Shown: positions 37,774 through 51,728 of the stretch, piece by piece | Layout: every line of letters starts with the position of its first letter | Position numbering within the stretch: the first letter of the stretch is position 1 | From: Ranitomeya imitator | Lineage: Eukaryota | Direction: 5' to 3' | NCBI RefSeq assembly: GCF_032444005.1 | Contig: NC_091284.1 | Location: forward strand, 133,548,001-133,612,000 | Length of the DNA stretch: 64,000 nucleotides | Program-made: the position numbers and the translations under genes | The notes under the pieces: generated by a model | What the model saw: the letters and a program-made list of their open reading frames with translations, nothing else | The model's database searches: none | What the model was told of the DNA's origin: nothing

Positions 37774-40700
37774 TGTTAGGAGTCGAGTTTCCTCTGCTGC
37801 ACAGGGGGAATCTCGATCCGTCTCCGCTGCGGTCTCCCATTCTCCTCCAGCCGCAGTGGAGTCTGCTCAGCAGGGACATCGCTCCCAGTGTCTTGCTCGC
37901 TCTCACTCTGTACAGAGAGTTACTGCTGCTTCTTCAGCTCCTGCCATTAAAGTCAGTGCTGGTCAGCAGCGAGAGGACTTCCCTGGGACTAAGTCCTTGT
38001 TTGCGCACACTGAGCATGCCCAGAGCAAGATCTCCCGTTGGAGATCGAGGGTCATGTGCTCTGGCTCTGCAGCGCATTCCATTGGTCCTCTTGGCAGGCC
38101 CTGGAAGGGCAAAGTTTCTGTGGCCACTTCCTGTCCTGCAATTATATAAACTGCGTATGACCGCATGGCCATGCGCTAGTGTACAATTGAATACGTGTGT
38201 TTGTTGTGAGTGCAAGTCGTTCATTAAATACCCCTACCCTATTGTATGACTGTTTGCGTATGGAGTATGGCTGCTATCTAGCGCCTGACAAATCACTCAA
38301 CGTGTCACACACGTATCAGCGTCTATTGCTGTGACCGCCAGTGCGGCGCCAAGCGCCAGTAGTGCGCTTCCTGACCCACGTCTGGGTGCTTAGTGGTGCC
38401 TGCCAGCACGGCACAGTTCGCACTTCGGTGCTCTAATTATAAGAGTTGCCTAACACACCCTGTTGCGGTGTTGTGCCAGCAAGTGGTCTAATCGGACTTC
38501 AATCCTAGTTGGGGTTAAGTTCGCTGACTGCTTGCTCGCCTTCTATGTGCGGTACCGCGATCCTGTGACGCAACAGGATCGCTTCCTTCACGTTGGGTGA
38601 AGTTTAACCCACGCGAGTATACTTATGAGTACCGCCATATAGTCCGTCATTACTCAGCAGCAGGTTCCATCTCTGCACGGCGGACCCCGGGCTACGAACG
38701 CACCGTACACTATCAGTCTTATTATTTGGTGCGTTCCGCTAGCCCTAACATTACACTAGCGCCAGGGTCTGGCTAGTGATGACAAACAGCAATCCCTGCG
38801 GTATATACAGCAGCTGGAGGGTAGGTTGGCGGCTCTCGAGAGCGCAACCCCAGCTGTGGATGTTACCGCAGTTGCTGTACAGGCTGCCAGCGTGGCTGCA
38901 GCAACTTTGTCCATTGCCACCCCTGTTCCGACATTTTCTCGCCTCCCGCTGCCAGAAAATTTTTCTGGTAATAGCAAATTTTGTAGGGGATTCGTGAGTC
39001 AGTGCTCTATTCATCTCGAGCTTCTGGCTGCACGTTTCCCCACAGAGCGGGCTAAGGTGGGATTTATTGTGTCTCTATTGTCGGACAGGGCGTTGGAATG
39101 GGCTACGCCGCTGTGGGAGCGTGGCGATCATGTGGTGCAGAGTGCTCCTCTGTTTTTGAGCACTTTAAAACAGGTCTTTTTAGGACCTCAAGTCACCCAT
39201 GACACTGCGCTCCAACTGCTGGCATTAACTCAGGGTGAGTCCTTGGTCAGTCATTTTGCCGTCCAATTCCGCACTTTAGCATCTGAGCTGGAATGGTCGG
39301 ATAAAGCTCTTATCCCCATATTTTGGAGGGGCTTGGCTGACCATGTAAAGGACGCTCTGGCCACTAGGGAGATTCCTGCCACACTGGGGGAGTTAATAAC
39401 AGTCTCCACTCGAATTGACCTCCGTTTTAACGAGCGGAGGTTAGAGCGAGCCCAGTGTAGGCAGAGGTTTCGGCTGGCTCCTACTTTCGCCAAACCTCTG
39501 GAATCTCCGGTCCTGGTTCCTGAGTCACATGAGGCCAGGGAAGTGTCACAAGCGGGACCTAAGTCCCGGACCGCTTGTGCACTCAGGGTCTGTCATGTTT
39601 GCCAGCAGTCTGGACATTTAGCCACCAGATGTCCTCAGCGGTCGAGGAAACGTCAGCGTCTAGTGGTCGTAGGTGGAGGTACACTAGACACGGCGACGTT
39701 TGCCTCTAAATTGTCCTTTAAGGGGACAATTACTTTAGGCTCATTCTCCCACTCGGTAGAGCTCTGCGTGGATTCTGGGGCGGAGGGCAATTTTATGTCT
39801 TCTGCCTTCGCCCAACGCCACTCAATACCTCTGGTTATGCTAGCTCAACCTGTAACGGTACGAGTGGTGAATGGGTCAACTCTGCCCTCACAGATAACTC
39901 ACCAGACCATCCCTTTTACTCTGTCCATGTCGCCATCTCATCAGGAGATTATTTCTCTGCTCGTCATTCCAGAGGGAATTGATGAAGTCCTGTTGGGAAT
40001 ACCTTGGCTACGGTACCACTCTCCTCATATCGAGTGGTCCTCAGGCAGAATTCTGGGATGGGGTGAATCTTGTGAGGGTAGGTGTCAGAGGGAGTGCGTT
40101 CAGGTAGCTACAACTGAGGTACCCGCAGATCTTTCCTCTCTCCCCAAGCAGTATTGGTCGTATGCAGACGTATTCTCCAAAAAGGCGGCGGAGACCCTTC
40201 CGCCCCATCGCCCCTATGACTGTCCTATTGACCTCTTGCCTGGTGCTGAGCCTCCCCGGGGTCGAGTCTATCCGCTATCTCTCCCGAAGACGGAGGCAAT
40301 GTCACAGTACATCCAGGAAAATCTGGCAAGAGGGTTCATCAGGAAGTCAGTGTCACCTGCTGGGGCAGGGTTCTTCTTCGTGCAGAAGAAGAGTGGGGAA
40401 TTGCGTCCATGCATAGACAACAGGGGTCTTAACGCCATCACCGTTAAGAATAAATACCCTTTGCCTTTGATATCTGAACTGTTTGATAGGCTTCGGGGAG
40501 CAAGGGTATTTACTAAATTAGATCTGCGGGGTGCTTACAACTTGATTCGCATCCGTGAGGGGGACGAATGGAAGACGGCTTTTAACACCAGGGATGGGCA
40601 CTATGAATATCTGGTGATGCCCTTTGGGCTCTGTAATGCCCCAGCCGTTTTCCAAGACTTTGTGAACGATATCTTCCGGGATATGCTTTCCACCTCGGTC

Positions 40701-43700
40701 GTAGTCTATCTGGATGATATTCTCATCTACTCTCCAGATATTGACTCCCACCGGAGAGATGTTTGCAAAGTCTTCGACCTCCTACGGGCAAACTCCCTCT
40801 ATGCCAAGTTGGAGAAGTGTATGTTTGAGCAGGAGTCCTTACCTTTCCTAGGCTACATCATCTCAGCCCAGGGATTGGCTATGGATCCTGCCAAACTACA
40901 GGCTGTGATGGACTGGCAGGAACCCCATTCTCTTAAAGCGGTGCAGCGCTTTATGGGGTTCATCAATTATTATCGCCAGTTCATCCCGCATTTCTCAACT
41001 TTGGTAGCTCCCTTGGTTGCCCTCACCAAGAAGGGGGCGAATCCCAAATTGTGGTCTGAGGAGGTCTCCAAGGCTTTTATATCTATAAAGTCACACTTCG
41101 CTAGCGCTCCCATTCTTCATCGCCCCGATGTTGATAAGCCATTTATCATGGAGGTGGATGCCTCTTCTGTTGGTGCTGGAGCAGTCCTCTTCCAAAAGGA
41201 TGCTCAAGGTCGGAAGCATCCTTGCTTCTTTTTCTCCAAGACCTTCGCACCAGCAGAGAGGAATTATTCCATCGGGGACAGGGAGTTGCTAGCCATGAAG
41301 TTGGCTTTCTCGGAGTGGAGACATCTCTTGGAGGGAGCACGTTTTCCCTTCCAAGTCTTCACAGATCACAAAAATTTGGTGTATCTGCAGACAGCTCAGC
41401 GGTTGAATTCTCGCCAGGCCAGATGGTCCTTGTTCTTCTCCCGGTTTCATTTCACCCTCCATTTCCTTTCTGGGGAGAAGAACATTCGGGCCGACGCTCT
41501 CTCTCGCTCCGTTGTGTCATCTGCGGAGGAGGAGGAGGAGCCTCGGCTTATTGTCCCCACCGAGAGTTTGAGAACCGTGGCCCCGGTTTCGCTGGAGTCT
41601 GTGCCCCCGGGCAAGACTTTTGTTCCATCTAGTTTGCGACCGGAGGGTCTCTCTTGGGCGCACTCGTCCAGGGTGGGTGGACATTTTGGTACTAAAAGGA
41701 CATCAGAGTTACTGGCGAGGACATACTGGTGGCCGCATATGGCTCGTGATGTCGCGGAGTACGTTCGGGCGTGTGTCTCTTGCGCCAGGAACAAGACTCC
41801 TCGGCAACGGCCAGCTGGTTTGCTATATCCTCTGCCCGTGGCTGACAGGCCCTGGGAGATGGTCGGGATGGACTTTGTGGTTGGCTTACCCAAGTCTCGT
41901 AATTGCACCATTATCTGGGTGATCACCGATCATTTTTCCAAAATGGTGCATTTGGTGCCTCTTCCACGGCTACCTTCTGCACGGGCGTTGGCTGTCTTGT
42001 TTATCAAGCATATCTTTCGCTTACACGGTATGCCAGACAAAATTGTTAGTGACCGGGGTCCCCAGTTTGCGTCTCGATTCTGGAGGGAGCTATGTCGTCT
42101 ACTCAGTATTGAGTTAAATCTCTCTTCGGCATATCATCCCGAGACGAATGGGTTGGTAGAAAGGGCCAACCAGACCTTGGTCACATATCTGCGACATTTT
42201 GTTTCTGCCAGACAGGATGACTGGGCATCCTTGCTACCGTGGGCAGAGTTTGCACTTAACAATGCCGTAGCCGACTCCACCGGTCAGACTCCATTCCTCT
42301 TAAATTACGGCCAGCATCCGCGTGTTCCTGTGCCCATGCCTGTGTCTTCCGCTGATCCCAGGGTGGCAGACTGGGCTGTGGAGGCACGGGACATTTGGGA
42401 TCGCACGCAGGATGCCATTCGGGCCTCCAAGGAGAGAATGAGGTCCTCCGCCGATGTTCATCGGCGCCCTGCTCCGACTTTTGCCCCTGGCGACTTGGTG
42501 TGGCTCTCCGCCCGTAACATCAGGCTGCGAGTTGAGTCCACTACGTTTGCTCCTCGCTACTTGGGTCCCTTCAAGGTTCTCGAACAGATTAATCCTGTGG
42601 TCTACCGCCTGGCTCTTCCTCCACGCTTGGGTATCACCGACACCTTTCATGTGTCCCTCTTGAAACCCGTATACATGTCCCGGTTTTCCGAGTCATCTGC
42701 CGGGACATCGGGTTCGTCTACGGACGATTACGAGGTGAACGTTATTTTGGGGTGCAAGGTGGTACGCGGCAAAAAGTTTTATTTGGTGGATTGGAAGGGT
42801 TATGGTCCAGAGGACAGGTCTTGGGAGCCTGCTGAAAACATTCGGGCCCCACAGCTCATTGCTGCCTTCGAGCGTAGCGAGGCCCAGGGGGGGGGGGGCC
42901 CTAGGAGGGGGGGTAATGTTAGGAGTCGAGTTTCCTCTGCTGCACAGGGGGAATCTCGATCCGTCTCCGCTGCGGTCTCCCATTCTCCTCCAGCCGCAGT
43001 GGAGTCTGCTCAGCAGGGACATCGCTCCCAGTGTCTTGCTCGCTCTCACTCTGTACAGAGAGTTACTGCTGCAACTTCAGCTCCTGCCATTAAAGTCAGT
43101 GCTGGTCAGCAGCGAGAGGACTTCCCTGGGACTAAGTCCTTGTTTGCGCACACTGAGCATGCCCAGAGCAAGATCTCCCGTTGGAGATCGAGGGTCATGT
43201 GCTCTGGCTCTGCAGCGCATTCCATTGGTCCTCTTGGCAGGCCCTGGAAGGGCAAAGTTTCTGTGGCCACTTCCTGTCCTGCAATTATATAAACTGCGCA
43301 TGACCGCACGGCCATGCGCTAGTGTACAATTGAATACGTGTGTTTGTTGTGAGTGCAAGTCGTTCATTAAATACCCCTACCCTATTGTATGACTGTTCGC
43401 GTATGGAGTATGGCTGCTATCTAGCGCCCGACAAATCACTCAACGTGTCACACACGTATCAGCGTCTATTGCTGTGACCGCCAGTGCGGCGCCACGCGCC
43501 AGTAGTGCGCTTCCTGACCCACGTCTGGGTGCTTAGTGGTGCCTGCCAGCACGGCACAGTTCGCACTTCGGTGCTCTAATTATAAGAGTTGCCTAACACA
43601 CCCTGTTGCGGTGTTGTGCCAGCAAGTGGTCTAATCGGACTTCAATCCTAGTTGGGGTTAAGTTTGCTGACTGCTTGCTCGCCTTCTATGTGCGGTACCG

Positions 43701-43893
43701 CGATCCTGTGACGCAACAGGATCGCTTCCTTCACGTTGGGTGAAGTTTAACCCACGCGAGTATACTTATGAGTACCGCCATATAGTCCGTCATTACTCAG
43801 CAGCAGGTTCCATCTCTGCACGGTGGACCCGGGGCTACGAACACACCGTACACTATCAGTCTTATTATTTGGTGCGTTCCGCTAGCCCTAACA
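37774..43893 (+). mobile_element. Full-length chromodomain Ty3/Gypsy retrotransposon B
   Basis: 977-bp LTRs 37774-38750 and 42917-43893; 5-bp TSD CTAGG/CCAGG; PPT; single gag-pol ORF. Confidence 0.97.
38826..43292 (+). CDS. Gypsy B gag-PR-RT-RH-IN-chromodomain polyprotein, reading into the 3' LTR
   Basis: [26 protein letters not shown] integrase, chromodomain; the ATG upstream of gag is out of frame. Confidence 0.93.
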   Translation: MAALESATPAVDVTAVAVQAASVAAATLSIATPVPTFSRLPLPENFSGNSKFCRGFVSQCSIHLELLAARFPTERAKVGFIVSLLSDRALEWATPLWERGDHVVQSAPLFLSTLKQVFLGPQVTHDTALQLLALTQGESLVSHFAVQFRTLASELEWSDKALIPIFWRGLADHVKDALATREIPATLGELITVSTRIDLRFNERRLERAQCRQRFRLAPTFAKPLESPVLVPESHEAREVSQAGPKSRTACALRVCHVCQQSGHLATRCPQRSRKRQRLVVVGGGTLDTATFASKLSFKGTITLGSFSHSVELCVDSGAEGNFMSSAFAQRHSIPLVMLAQPVTVRVVNGSTLPSQITHQTIPFTLSMSPSHQEIISLLVIPEGIDEVLLGIPWLRYHSPHIEWSSGRILGWGESCEGRCQRECVQVATTEVPADLSSLPKQYWSYADVFSKKAAETLPPHRPYDCPIDLLPGAEPPRGRVYPLSLPKTEAMSQYIQENLARGFIRKSVSPAGAGFFFVQKKSGELRPCIDNRGLNAITVKNKYPLPLISELFDRLRGARVFTKLDLRGAYNLIRIREGDEWKTAFNTRDGHYEYLVMPFGLCNAPAVFQDFVNDIFRDMLSTSVVVYLDDILIYSPDIDSHRRDVCKVFDLLRANSLYAKLEKCMFEQESLPFLGYIISAQGLAMDPAKLQAVMDWQEPHSLKAVQRFMGFINYYRQFIPHFSTLVAPLVALTKKGANPKLWSEEVSKAFISIKSHFASAPILHRPDVDKPFIMEVDASSVGAGAVLFQKDAQGRKHPCFFFSKTFAPAERNYSIGDRELLAMKLAFSEWRHLLEGARFPFQVFTDHKNLVYLQTAQRLNSRQARWSLFFSRFHFTLHFLSGEKNIRADALSRSVVSSAEEEEEPRLIVPTESLRTVAPVSLESVPPGKTFVPSSLRPEGLSWAHSSRVGGHFGTKRTSELLARTYWWPHMARDVAEYVRACVSCARNKTPRQRPAGLLYPLPVADRPWEMVGMDFVVGLPKSRNCTIIWVITDHFSKMVHLVPLPRLPSARALAVLFIKHIFRLHGMPDKIVSDRGPQFASRFWRELCRLLSIELNLSSAYHPETNGLVERANQTLVTYLRHFVSARQDDWASLLPWAEFALNNAVADSTGQTPFLLNYGQHPRVPVPMPVSSADPRVADWAVEARDIWDRTQDAIRASKERMRSSADVHRRPAPTFAPGDLVWLSARNIRLRVESTTFAPRYLGPFKVLEQINPVVYRLALPPRLGITDTFHVSLLKPVYMSRFSESSAGTSGSSTDDYEVNVILGCKVVRGKKFYLVDWKGYGPEDRSWEPAENIRAPQLIAAFERSEAQGGGGPRRGGNVRSRVSSAAQGESRSVSAAVSHSPPAAVESAQQGHRSQCLARSHSVQRVTAATSAPAIKVSAGQQREDFPGTKSLFAHTEHAQSKISRWRSRVMCSGSAAHSIGPLGRPWKGKVSVATSCPAII

Positions 43894-45685
43894 CCAGGTT
43901 ACAAAACCTACTAAAACATGCCTGGACTGGGTTAAAAGAAGAAAAAAGAACATTCAACCAAAAAAAAATCCCTTTATTAAAACGGAGGGACAAATAGAGA
44001 AGATCTAATGAAAGCCTGCTCTCATCTGAGGTAAAGGTGACAAAGCCTTTGCCTCACAATATGGATCCCTGCAAAAAAACAGAGCCACAACTTCACAATA
44101 GTCATATGGCCTGTAAGACATCTGTTATAAAACATCCTGCACTCTTTGAGACATCAGCTGATGCTGTCCTGCAAATAAACCAGAGGAGCGCGGGAGATTC
44201 TGAGGCAATGAAGAAGCAGCGGAGAGGAGAAAATGGCGACGCGGCAACAACTCCCGCCCTTTCCGGAGCTCCAGCTGACAGATATCCAAAGACGCTCAAA
44301 GGGATCGCGATAGCTGCTGGAGCTGTGACACAGCGGAAGGAGGAAGCAGGAGAAGACATGGAGATGACGGAGATCCTCGCTCCTATCGAGACTCCAATGC
44401 AAGCTGCCAGACATAAGAAGAGGAGTGGGGGAGCCATGGAGTTCTCACAAGGTATGACGCAGCAAACAGAAAAAGATGGTGATTCACCATCTTCAGCACT
44501 GCACAGACATGGAGAGTTCTCCTCAGCTCTCCGTGTCCAAAGAAGTGATCACAGACATGATGCTGTGACGATGCAGAGGAGAAAGGAAGGAGAATCACCA
44601 GCATTAACACCACACGGTGGGGGGGATCTCTTCAGCTCTCATAGATCAAAGAAGTAATTTGAGACATGATGCACCGCTGTTTGTGCCAGGGCCAATAAGC
44701 GCTGAGGGAGGCAGATCATTTAATGTGACAAAGGAAAAGGAAGGAAGTGTTATACAACTGCGGGGCTTGTCAGAAACACCCCATGTTGGCTGGTCAGGGA
44801 AAAAACCCTCTGAAAATCACACAGTATACAGGGACACAGAGGGAAAAACCCTCTTCCATAATTCAGATATAAAAGAAGAAAGAAAAAATCAAAGAGATGG
44901 CATTATCAGACATTCATATGGAGCAGTTAGCAAAATACCGATATTAAAAACTAAAAATCATCAACCATCACTTAATGTAAAGAATGGTGCCACTTCTACT
45001 TCTTTACATAATAGCCATAAAAACACAGCATATTTAAAGGGGAACCCTACACATACAAAACAATTGTATATCCTGGTAATCACAGGAGATGGATCTTTCA
45101 AAGAATCATCAAATGTAAAGACAGATGAGGCCAAAATTTTATCTGATGATGGGGGTGTTGATCTGCATCTGATTTCTCTACCTGAAAAAAAATTCCCCTT
45201 CTAAGTCCTCATACAATACTAGATATTACAATTTAGGGAAAATTAAAAGGAAGTTTCCTAATGTAGCTCCTTATTCTGCTAAATCTGTTAAAGAAACAAC
45301 AAATATCTCCAACACAGACAAATTTGTTTCCTACCAATCAGATGAATCCATTAACTCATCAGGACAGATGGAAAATGGTCATTTTGGGAAGTTTTACAGC
45401 GATATAGATTCATCTGATTATAGAGGTGACTTTTTTTCAGATGATATGACCCTTGATGACATCTATTCTTCAGAGTCAGATTCTTCCTCAGAACACTAAT
45501 CTAGTAGTGAAAACTCTGAATTTTATGAAAAATTTAAGCAAAAAACTAAACTAAACAAAAGCAAATCAAACCAAATCAGAAAAAATTACAAGGGCACTCT
45601 AACAACAACAACTCATTGATAAACGATATCCAAGCAACAGATGATAATCCAACAGAAAAATTTATGATTAGCCCTCCAAGTTTCA

Positions 45686-46423
45686 GTGAAAACTACTACT
45701 AGTGACGATGACTCAAAAATATCTGAAACCGATTTGGAATCTGAAGACTCTATACACTTAAACAATACCAAAGCGTCCGAGAGTTTCATTAAAGAGCTCT
45801 TTAAAGATATGTTATCAAACATATCTGTTAACATACACTCAAATTCTTATGGAGTTTCTGATAACTCCTTCTATAACTCAAAAAAAAAAATCTCTTCAGT
45901 CAAAAATCAAAGGTCCTCATATCCTAATGAGGACCAAAATCTTGCTACACTCTCTGATTCATTGAAAAATATCCAAAATGATATCAACTCTTTTAGAAAA
46001 AATCTAAACAATCTTGAAGACTTTAAAAAGAAAAATAATGTAAAAATTAGAGGAATTCCAAAGTCGGTCCAGAACTCACAACTAAAAGATTACATCTCTT
46101 CATTAATTTCTTATCTACTTTCTAACGCCAAAGAGGAAAATTTAATTGAAAAGGCCTTTAGAGTATGCAGACTATCTGCTCTTCCACCTGATGTCGAAAC
46201 AGATGTCATTGTCTCCTACCCCAATTGGGTTAGAAATGCTTTACTAAATATACCAAAGGAGCCGAAATTCCTTTCTTCTCCATATAACCACTTGGTCTTT
46301 TTCAAAGACCTATCTAAAGAAACATTACAAAAGCGAAAATTATTTCAGTCCACTACCTGTGAACTCCGAAAAGCTGGAATACCTTACAATTGGTCTCAGA
46401 TCTCATTGCTAAAATTAAATTAA
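45686..46423 (+). pseudogene. L1 ORF1p-like region (coiled coil, RRM, CTD)
   Basis: LEDFKKKNNVKIRGIPK, IEKAFRV, FFKDLSKETLQKRK..LRKAGIPYNW resemble L1 ORF1 motifs RRNNIRIxGIPE, IERAHR and DLS..TL..R. Confidence 0.8.
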
Positions 46424-49272
46424 ATTAAATTTGCATCCAAATTGATCGATATTTCATCTCCGGCGGAGGGAGCTGACTTCCTGATAGGTGCAGGCATAAT
46501 ATCCTCCATGGACCCCCACGGACTCCTCTCGAAGTCCAAATCTGATCTTCGTCCCAAATAAAGAAATTCTACAAACAAACAACACCTTATTGAACATATT
46601 GACTCTATTACTTGAACTCCCAGAAAGACTTTTCTTCATTTATTCCTCAATTGTAGCCTGTTTTTCAACTGTACTTTGCCCCTACAAGGTCATAGGAACA
46701 CCTAAAAGTGATTCCAGACATCCCAGGGCGTATTTATTTTTCCTTTTGAACCATATTTGACTTTTGAGTAAGCGACAGTTGTCTTGGTTCTATTTGAGTA
46801 AGCTACAGTATGTTAAAGTATTAAAGTCCTGTATTTTCTTTCCCCTTTCTTTCCCTATTATCCCATGTATCCTATTTTCCCCGTACCCTTTACTCTTACC
46901 TTTGTTAAATTTGTAAACCAATAAAAATTTGTTGGAAAAACATATATCTGTTTGTTGTTATTGCATTATTCACGGTGGTGCTACTCTTTTGCAGGGTATA
47001 ACAGGGTATAACAGGCTCATTGAGGGCGAGTCAACATTGAGTCAACATGGAGTGGGGTCATCATATCGCTTTTTAAGGTGCCAACTTTTGTGGCAAGGTA
47101 GGGTATCCATCAGGTGAAAACTAGGGCCAGAATCCCTATTGCTCATTTCTGTGACCTGCCCCTGTCTGACAAAGCCCCCTTTTTAATACTGATCTTTTCA
47201 AGTTGTTGTAAATAGTAGGAGGGTCTTTTTTAGCGTTTTTGAAGGAGGGGGAGCAGGATCAGCTGTGATGTCACAAGTTATGACTGGTGGATATTGTGTT
47301 GTCAGCTGTGTATAGAGGTGTTACCTGTTATTGTAATCCTGCCTATGCTGATAAGGAACCTGCTGAAAAATTTCCCTGAAAGAACATGTGAACATTGCAA
47401 GCATAGTATTTTTTTTTTTTTATAAAGATTTTGATATGGAAAAAAAGCATTGCCAATTTAAAAAAATATAGATAAAAACAAAAACCAGATTTAAGCAATT
47501 AGTCATTTTTTGATGATAGCTTCCTTTTGATTTCTTAAAGTAAAGAGAACTTCACGAGACCATTGCTCAATGACGGTGAGTGTGTATAGTGGTCTGAACC
47601 GTGCAGTATAAGGGGCCCTTGTTTGGAAATTATTTTATATGGGGATTTGCATTTTAGAACCCATACACTGTAACTGATGTAACTTTGGGAATATTCGTAT
47701 CCTATTGTATTACACAATGTACCAGTACATTTTAACTCCAGCTCCACTAATCCACATATTCTGTGCACTGTCGTTCTGTACTTTCGAATATCAGCCTAAT
47801 TTCTCTTTGGCCCATAAATCAACCGGAAGATACGTCACATTTTTCTCATCTACGATTGCTAGATAAATGACATATAAAAAACAAAACAAATAGGTGCCAT
47901 TAATTTTCATTAATTTTCACAGCGCAAAGAGCGATATAGAACTGTCTACAGATTCGTCATAGCCAATATTTTCCCTGACATAGGAAAAAACTGACTATAT
48001 GAAATATCTGTTTAGATTCGCTTAAGTGTCAGCGGCCATGAGAAGGTACACGTCTAAAAATAGAAATCGTTTATTTCCAAAATTACTTGGCAAACACTGT
48101 GCTTAACTGTGAAAATATGTTTACGGCAGCAGCGTGTGCTCACAAAAAAGGATCCAGGGTAAGAGGCAGCAGTTTGTGACATTTTATGGTGTCTCAGCCC
48201 CCAGATGGCTGCAGCAATATACATTGTTAAGGGAAATAATTCAACTCTTCACAGGAATTCCTTTAATCCTAAATGAAATGTCTTCCTTCGAAACACGTCG
48301 GGTTGACATCTGATGAGATTGTGGATGTCTATTAATCTTCAGCTTCTGCTAAGTGTCCTGTATCCAGCGCCTCTTATAGCTGTCACAAGTCTCCAATCAT
48401 AAATTGTTCAAGGATAGTAGGTTTTTACTTAAAAAAAGGACTTGTATTTCACTCCACTATTTTACCGCTATTCAGTGGCTTATATTGGTCAACAAAAATC
48501 GCGCATCTGATTAGCAGTCAACTCCAGTTGCCATAGGCTTTGGTGAAAAAAAAAATGTATTTCATTGCTATGATGTTGTAAGTTATATGGGTAGAAATGA
48601 ACAATGTCAAAAAATCAATTTACATATCTAATAGTAGAAGTCATATCTACTTCTATAAAGGGTACAGGTAAAAATAACTCCAAATAAATAATACAGTATG
48701 TTAATTGTGGCAAAGCCAGGAGTGTTTGATTTCAGTCTTAAATATATATTATTTTTCAGTTTAATGTTAAATTCCTTTTTATACTGTGTTGAATCAGCGG
48801 TCATTATGTTTACATCAGTAAGTTGGCCATACACATGAGATTAGACAAACTGTCTGGGGCTGCTCACTTTCACATTGGAAGGTAAGCAGCGCTGATGATG
48901 TCACGTCTGCCCAAACCTGCGAGACCAGTACATGATCGGCAGATATCGTGCCCCTGTCCTATTAATTAGCATTGGACACACGCATGAAACTTGCTGATTG
49001 GGCACCAGTTATGAAGGCGTAAAGTCATCATGACTGCCCAACCGTTCAAGTGGTAAAGAGCAGTACCAGACAACTTTTTTAATGTTGGTAAAAAAAAAAA
49101 ATCATGTAATATGTGTATAAAGACCATCTGACTCTTGCTCAATGGCAGATATTGGGCAAAAGAAAGATACGAAAATTGGATTTGAACATAACTGGTCTTT
49201 TTATTCTCAAGGGATATAAGTCGCGCTTCCTATTCAGAATACATGTTTGTTCAGATAAACATTTATACATAA

Positions 49273-49677
49273 AGGTACCGTCACACTAAGCGATGCTGCA
49301 GCGATACCGACAACGATCCGGATCGCTGCAGCGTCGCTGTTTGGTCGCTGGAGAGCTGTCACACAGATAGCTCTCCAGCGACCAACTATGCCGGTAACCA
49401 GGGTAAACATCGGCTTACTAAGTGCGGCCCTGCGCTTAGTAACCCGATGTTTACCCTGGTTACCAGCGAAGACATCGCTGAATCGGCATCACACACGCTG
49501 ATTCAGCGATGTCAGCAGGAAGTCCAGCGACGAAATAAAGTGCTGGACTTTCTGCAGCGACCAACGACATCACAGCAGGATTCTGATTGCTGCTCTGTGT
49601 CAAACTGAACGATATCGCTAGCCAGGACGCTGCAACATCACGGATCGCTAGCGATATCGTTTAGTGTGATGGTACCT
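49273..49677. mobile_element. PIF/Harbinger-type MITE
   Basis: TIR AGGTACC(G/A)TCACACTAA; TAA TSD. Confidence 0.85.
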
Positions 49678-49779
49678 TAAGAGGTAATCAGGAGAATTAG
49701 TGTAGACAGAATAAGTGTTCTGCCGACAGGTATATAGAATCATATATAGACAAAGGCGTATTTGAAACATCAAACAACA

Positions 49780-50126
49780 ATCTTTATTAAAATAAAATCA
49801 AAAATACACAGATATAAAAATAATACTGAGCGGCAAGTCCTGCAAGACCTAGTAACCCACAGTAATCTGAGTGTTGCTGTATAGGGCAGAACTCCTAAAA
49901 TAGGGATCCCAAAAGCTCACCACACATGTACAGCTAAATTCCACGTTATGTAGCCAAATGGCAATATCAAAGTGGTTATATACTAAAAATACAGTAGGTA
50001 GCAGGAAAAACGAACATCTATACTGACAACAGCCATAATCAAAAGATGTGACAGGATCTTACCAGAGCTCAGGAGATGGTGCCACAGCCCCTACGCGCAT
50101 TTCGGCGCTGTGCCTTTGTCAGGGGG
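49780..50126 (-). mobile_element. Penelope-like terminal fragment with hammerhead-like motif
   Basis: Minus strand CCCC-CTGACAAA-GGCACAGCGCC-GAAATGCGC-GTA-GGGG at 50088-50126. Confidence 0.45.
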
Positions 50127-51728
50127 ACGAAGGTATATGAAGAGTATTTTCAGTTTTATTCAGCAGCTTAGAGAAGTTCATGACTTTTGAGTGAGAACCT
50201 AGTTTGGATGAGGCCAATATGGTGACTAAGATAACTCTCATGGTTAATTTAAGCCATGGCTTATTTTGTCAGCATCTGATGCCAATAGCAGGGAAAAAAG
50301 GTAGATTTGTCTCTCCACTGTTATATGTCCACCACCACATATAGCTCCGGATCTTCAGAAAGCTCATTGGCTAGAGCATGTAATATAATCCCATGCAAAA
50401 AGGAAAAAAAACTAATTCTGAAACTTACGGTAAACTTTAATCCACTTTATTAGAAATTCTTATATGCTTTTCTTGTATTCTTCAAATGTGGCTTGAGTGT
50501 TCACATATGTATTTTCCAATGTGGTCTAGATGTCCACACATATTTGCATATCATTAAATTAGTGATGTCATGGGTGGAGAGCCACTATAGCTTATATAAA
50601 CTATTTGTCTGGCATTGTATAAGTTATGATTAAGACCAGTAGGTCAACACAAGTAAATTAGGCTTTGTTACCCCTCCATGATGATATTTTAAATGGTTTT
50701 CTAATAAGGTAGATTAAATTTTACCAGAGATTTCAGAATGTTTTTTTCATTTTGAAAGGGATTATATCTCACACCAATGTCGTCACGACACATAGAGAAC
50801 ATATGATCGGGTGGCTGGGTATTCATGAGAGAAAGTGAGGAGAGATAGCAGTCGACCAACAGAAGTTCAAGCACTATTTAACTAAGGAATATGGGCACTT
50901 TAAAGGGTTGACTTCAAAATATTGTTATCTTCTAACTAAAGATCGATTAGCAAGGGATCAAGTTCGAGTTCACTTTCCTGAAATTTGTGGTTTCACGTGC
51001 CCCCAGTTTGGTCCTCAGGTCTCTTTTTCAGCCTTCACATGCCTCATCTGCTTGACCTATACTATAGGCTGGAACTTCCGGCCATGGCTAGGCCTTGAGG
51101 TTCACTGCATGTTGTAAGATAGCGACATTGTGATGTCAGAGACGTATTAGGTTTTTTTTTTTTTTATATCTTACAAGAGATCCCAGAGTATAATATGGAA
51201 CATTCAATTTGAGGCAAACAACTTTGCCGTGAAACACATTCCCAGGGTGAAATCTATGAGAACTGGCAAATTTATTTTCAAATAATCTGCTCATCACTAG
51301 TGCTAACCCAATTATAGGATAAAATGTATTGATCTCTGAAAGTCCAACCATTGGAACGCTTGGAGATCCTAAGATTTGGGCTCGGAAATCCCATTTTGAA
51401 TGGAATTGAAGTCCCAGCGTTTGGAGTCATAGAGCATACTGTAACTTGATATTTTGGAAACAGCACTTTAGGAAAGATGAACAAGGGCTAAGGACTTCAT
51501 GAATGTTCATCAGCATGCATTATGTTAAAACACATAGATAACAATTATTTTAATAATTTACAGGAATTTATATAAATCATGATTTCTCAGACCAGCATGA
51601 ACTACAAAATATTATTGAGAAATATTGAAAAATTTAAAAATTTTCATCAGTCCTGGCTTACTTTATTTTACTATGAATTACTCTAAATTACATAGTAAGA
51701 AATACCACAGGAAGACTGGAAGTGATAC

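Larger units (their letters stand above)
37669..46939 (+). mobile_element. Full-length ORF1-only L1-derived element (HAL1-like), ~3.1 kb net, interrupted by Gypsy B
   Basis: 16-bp TSD ACATATATCTGTTTGT (37653-68, 46940-55); GGGGGGCGTGG 5' start; L1 ORF1p-like C-terminus; AATAAA at 46920 and short A tail; no ORF2. Confidence 0.82.
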
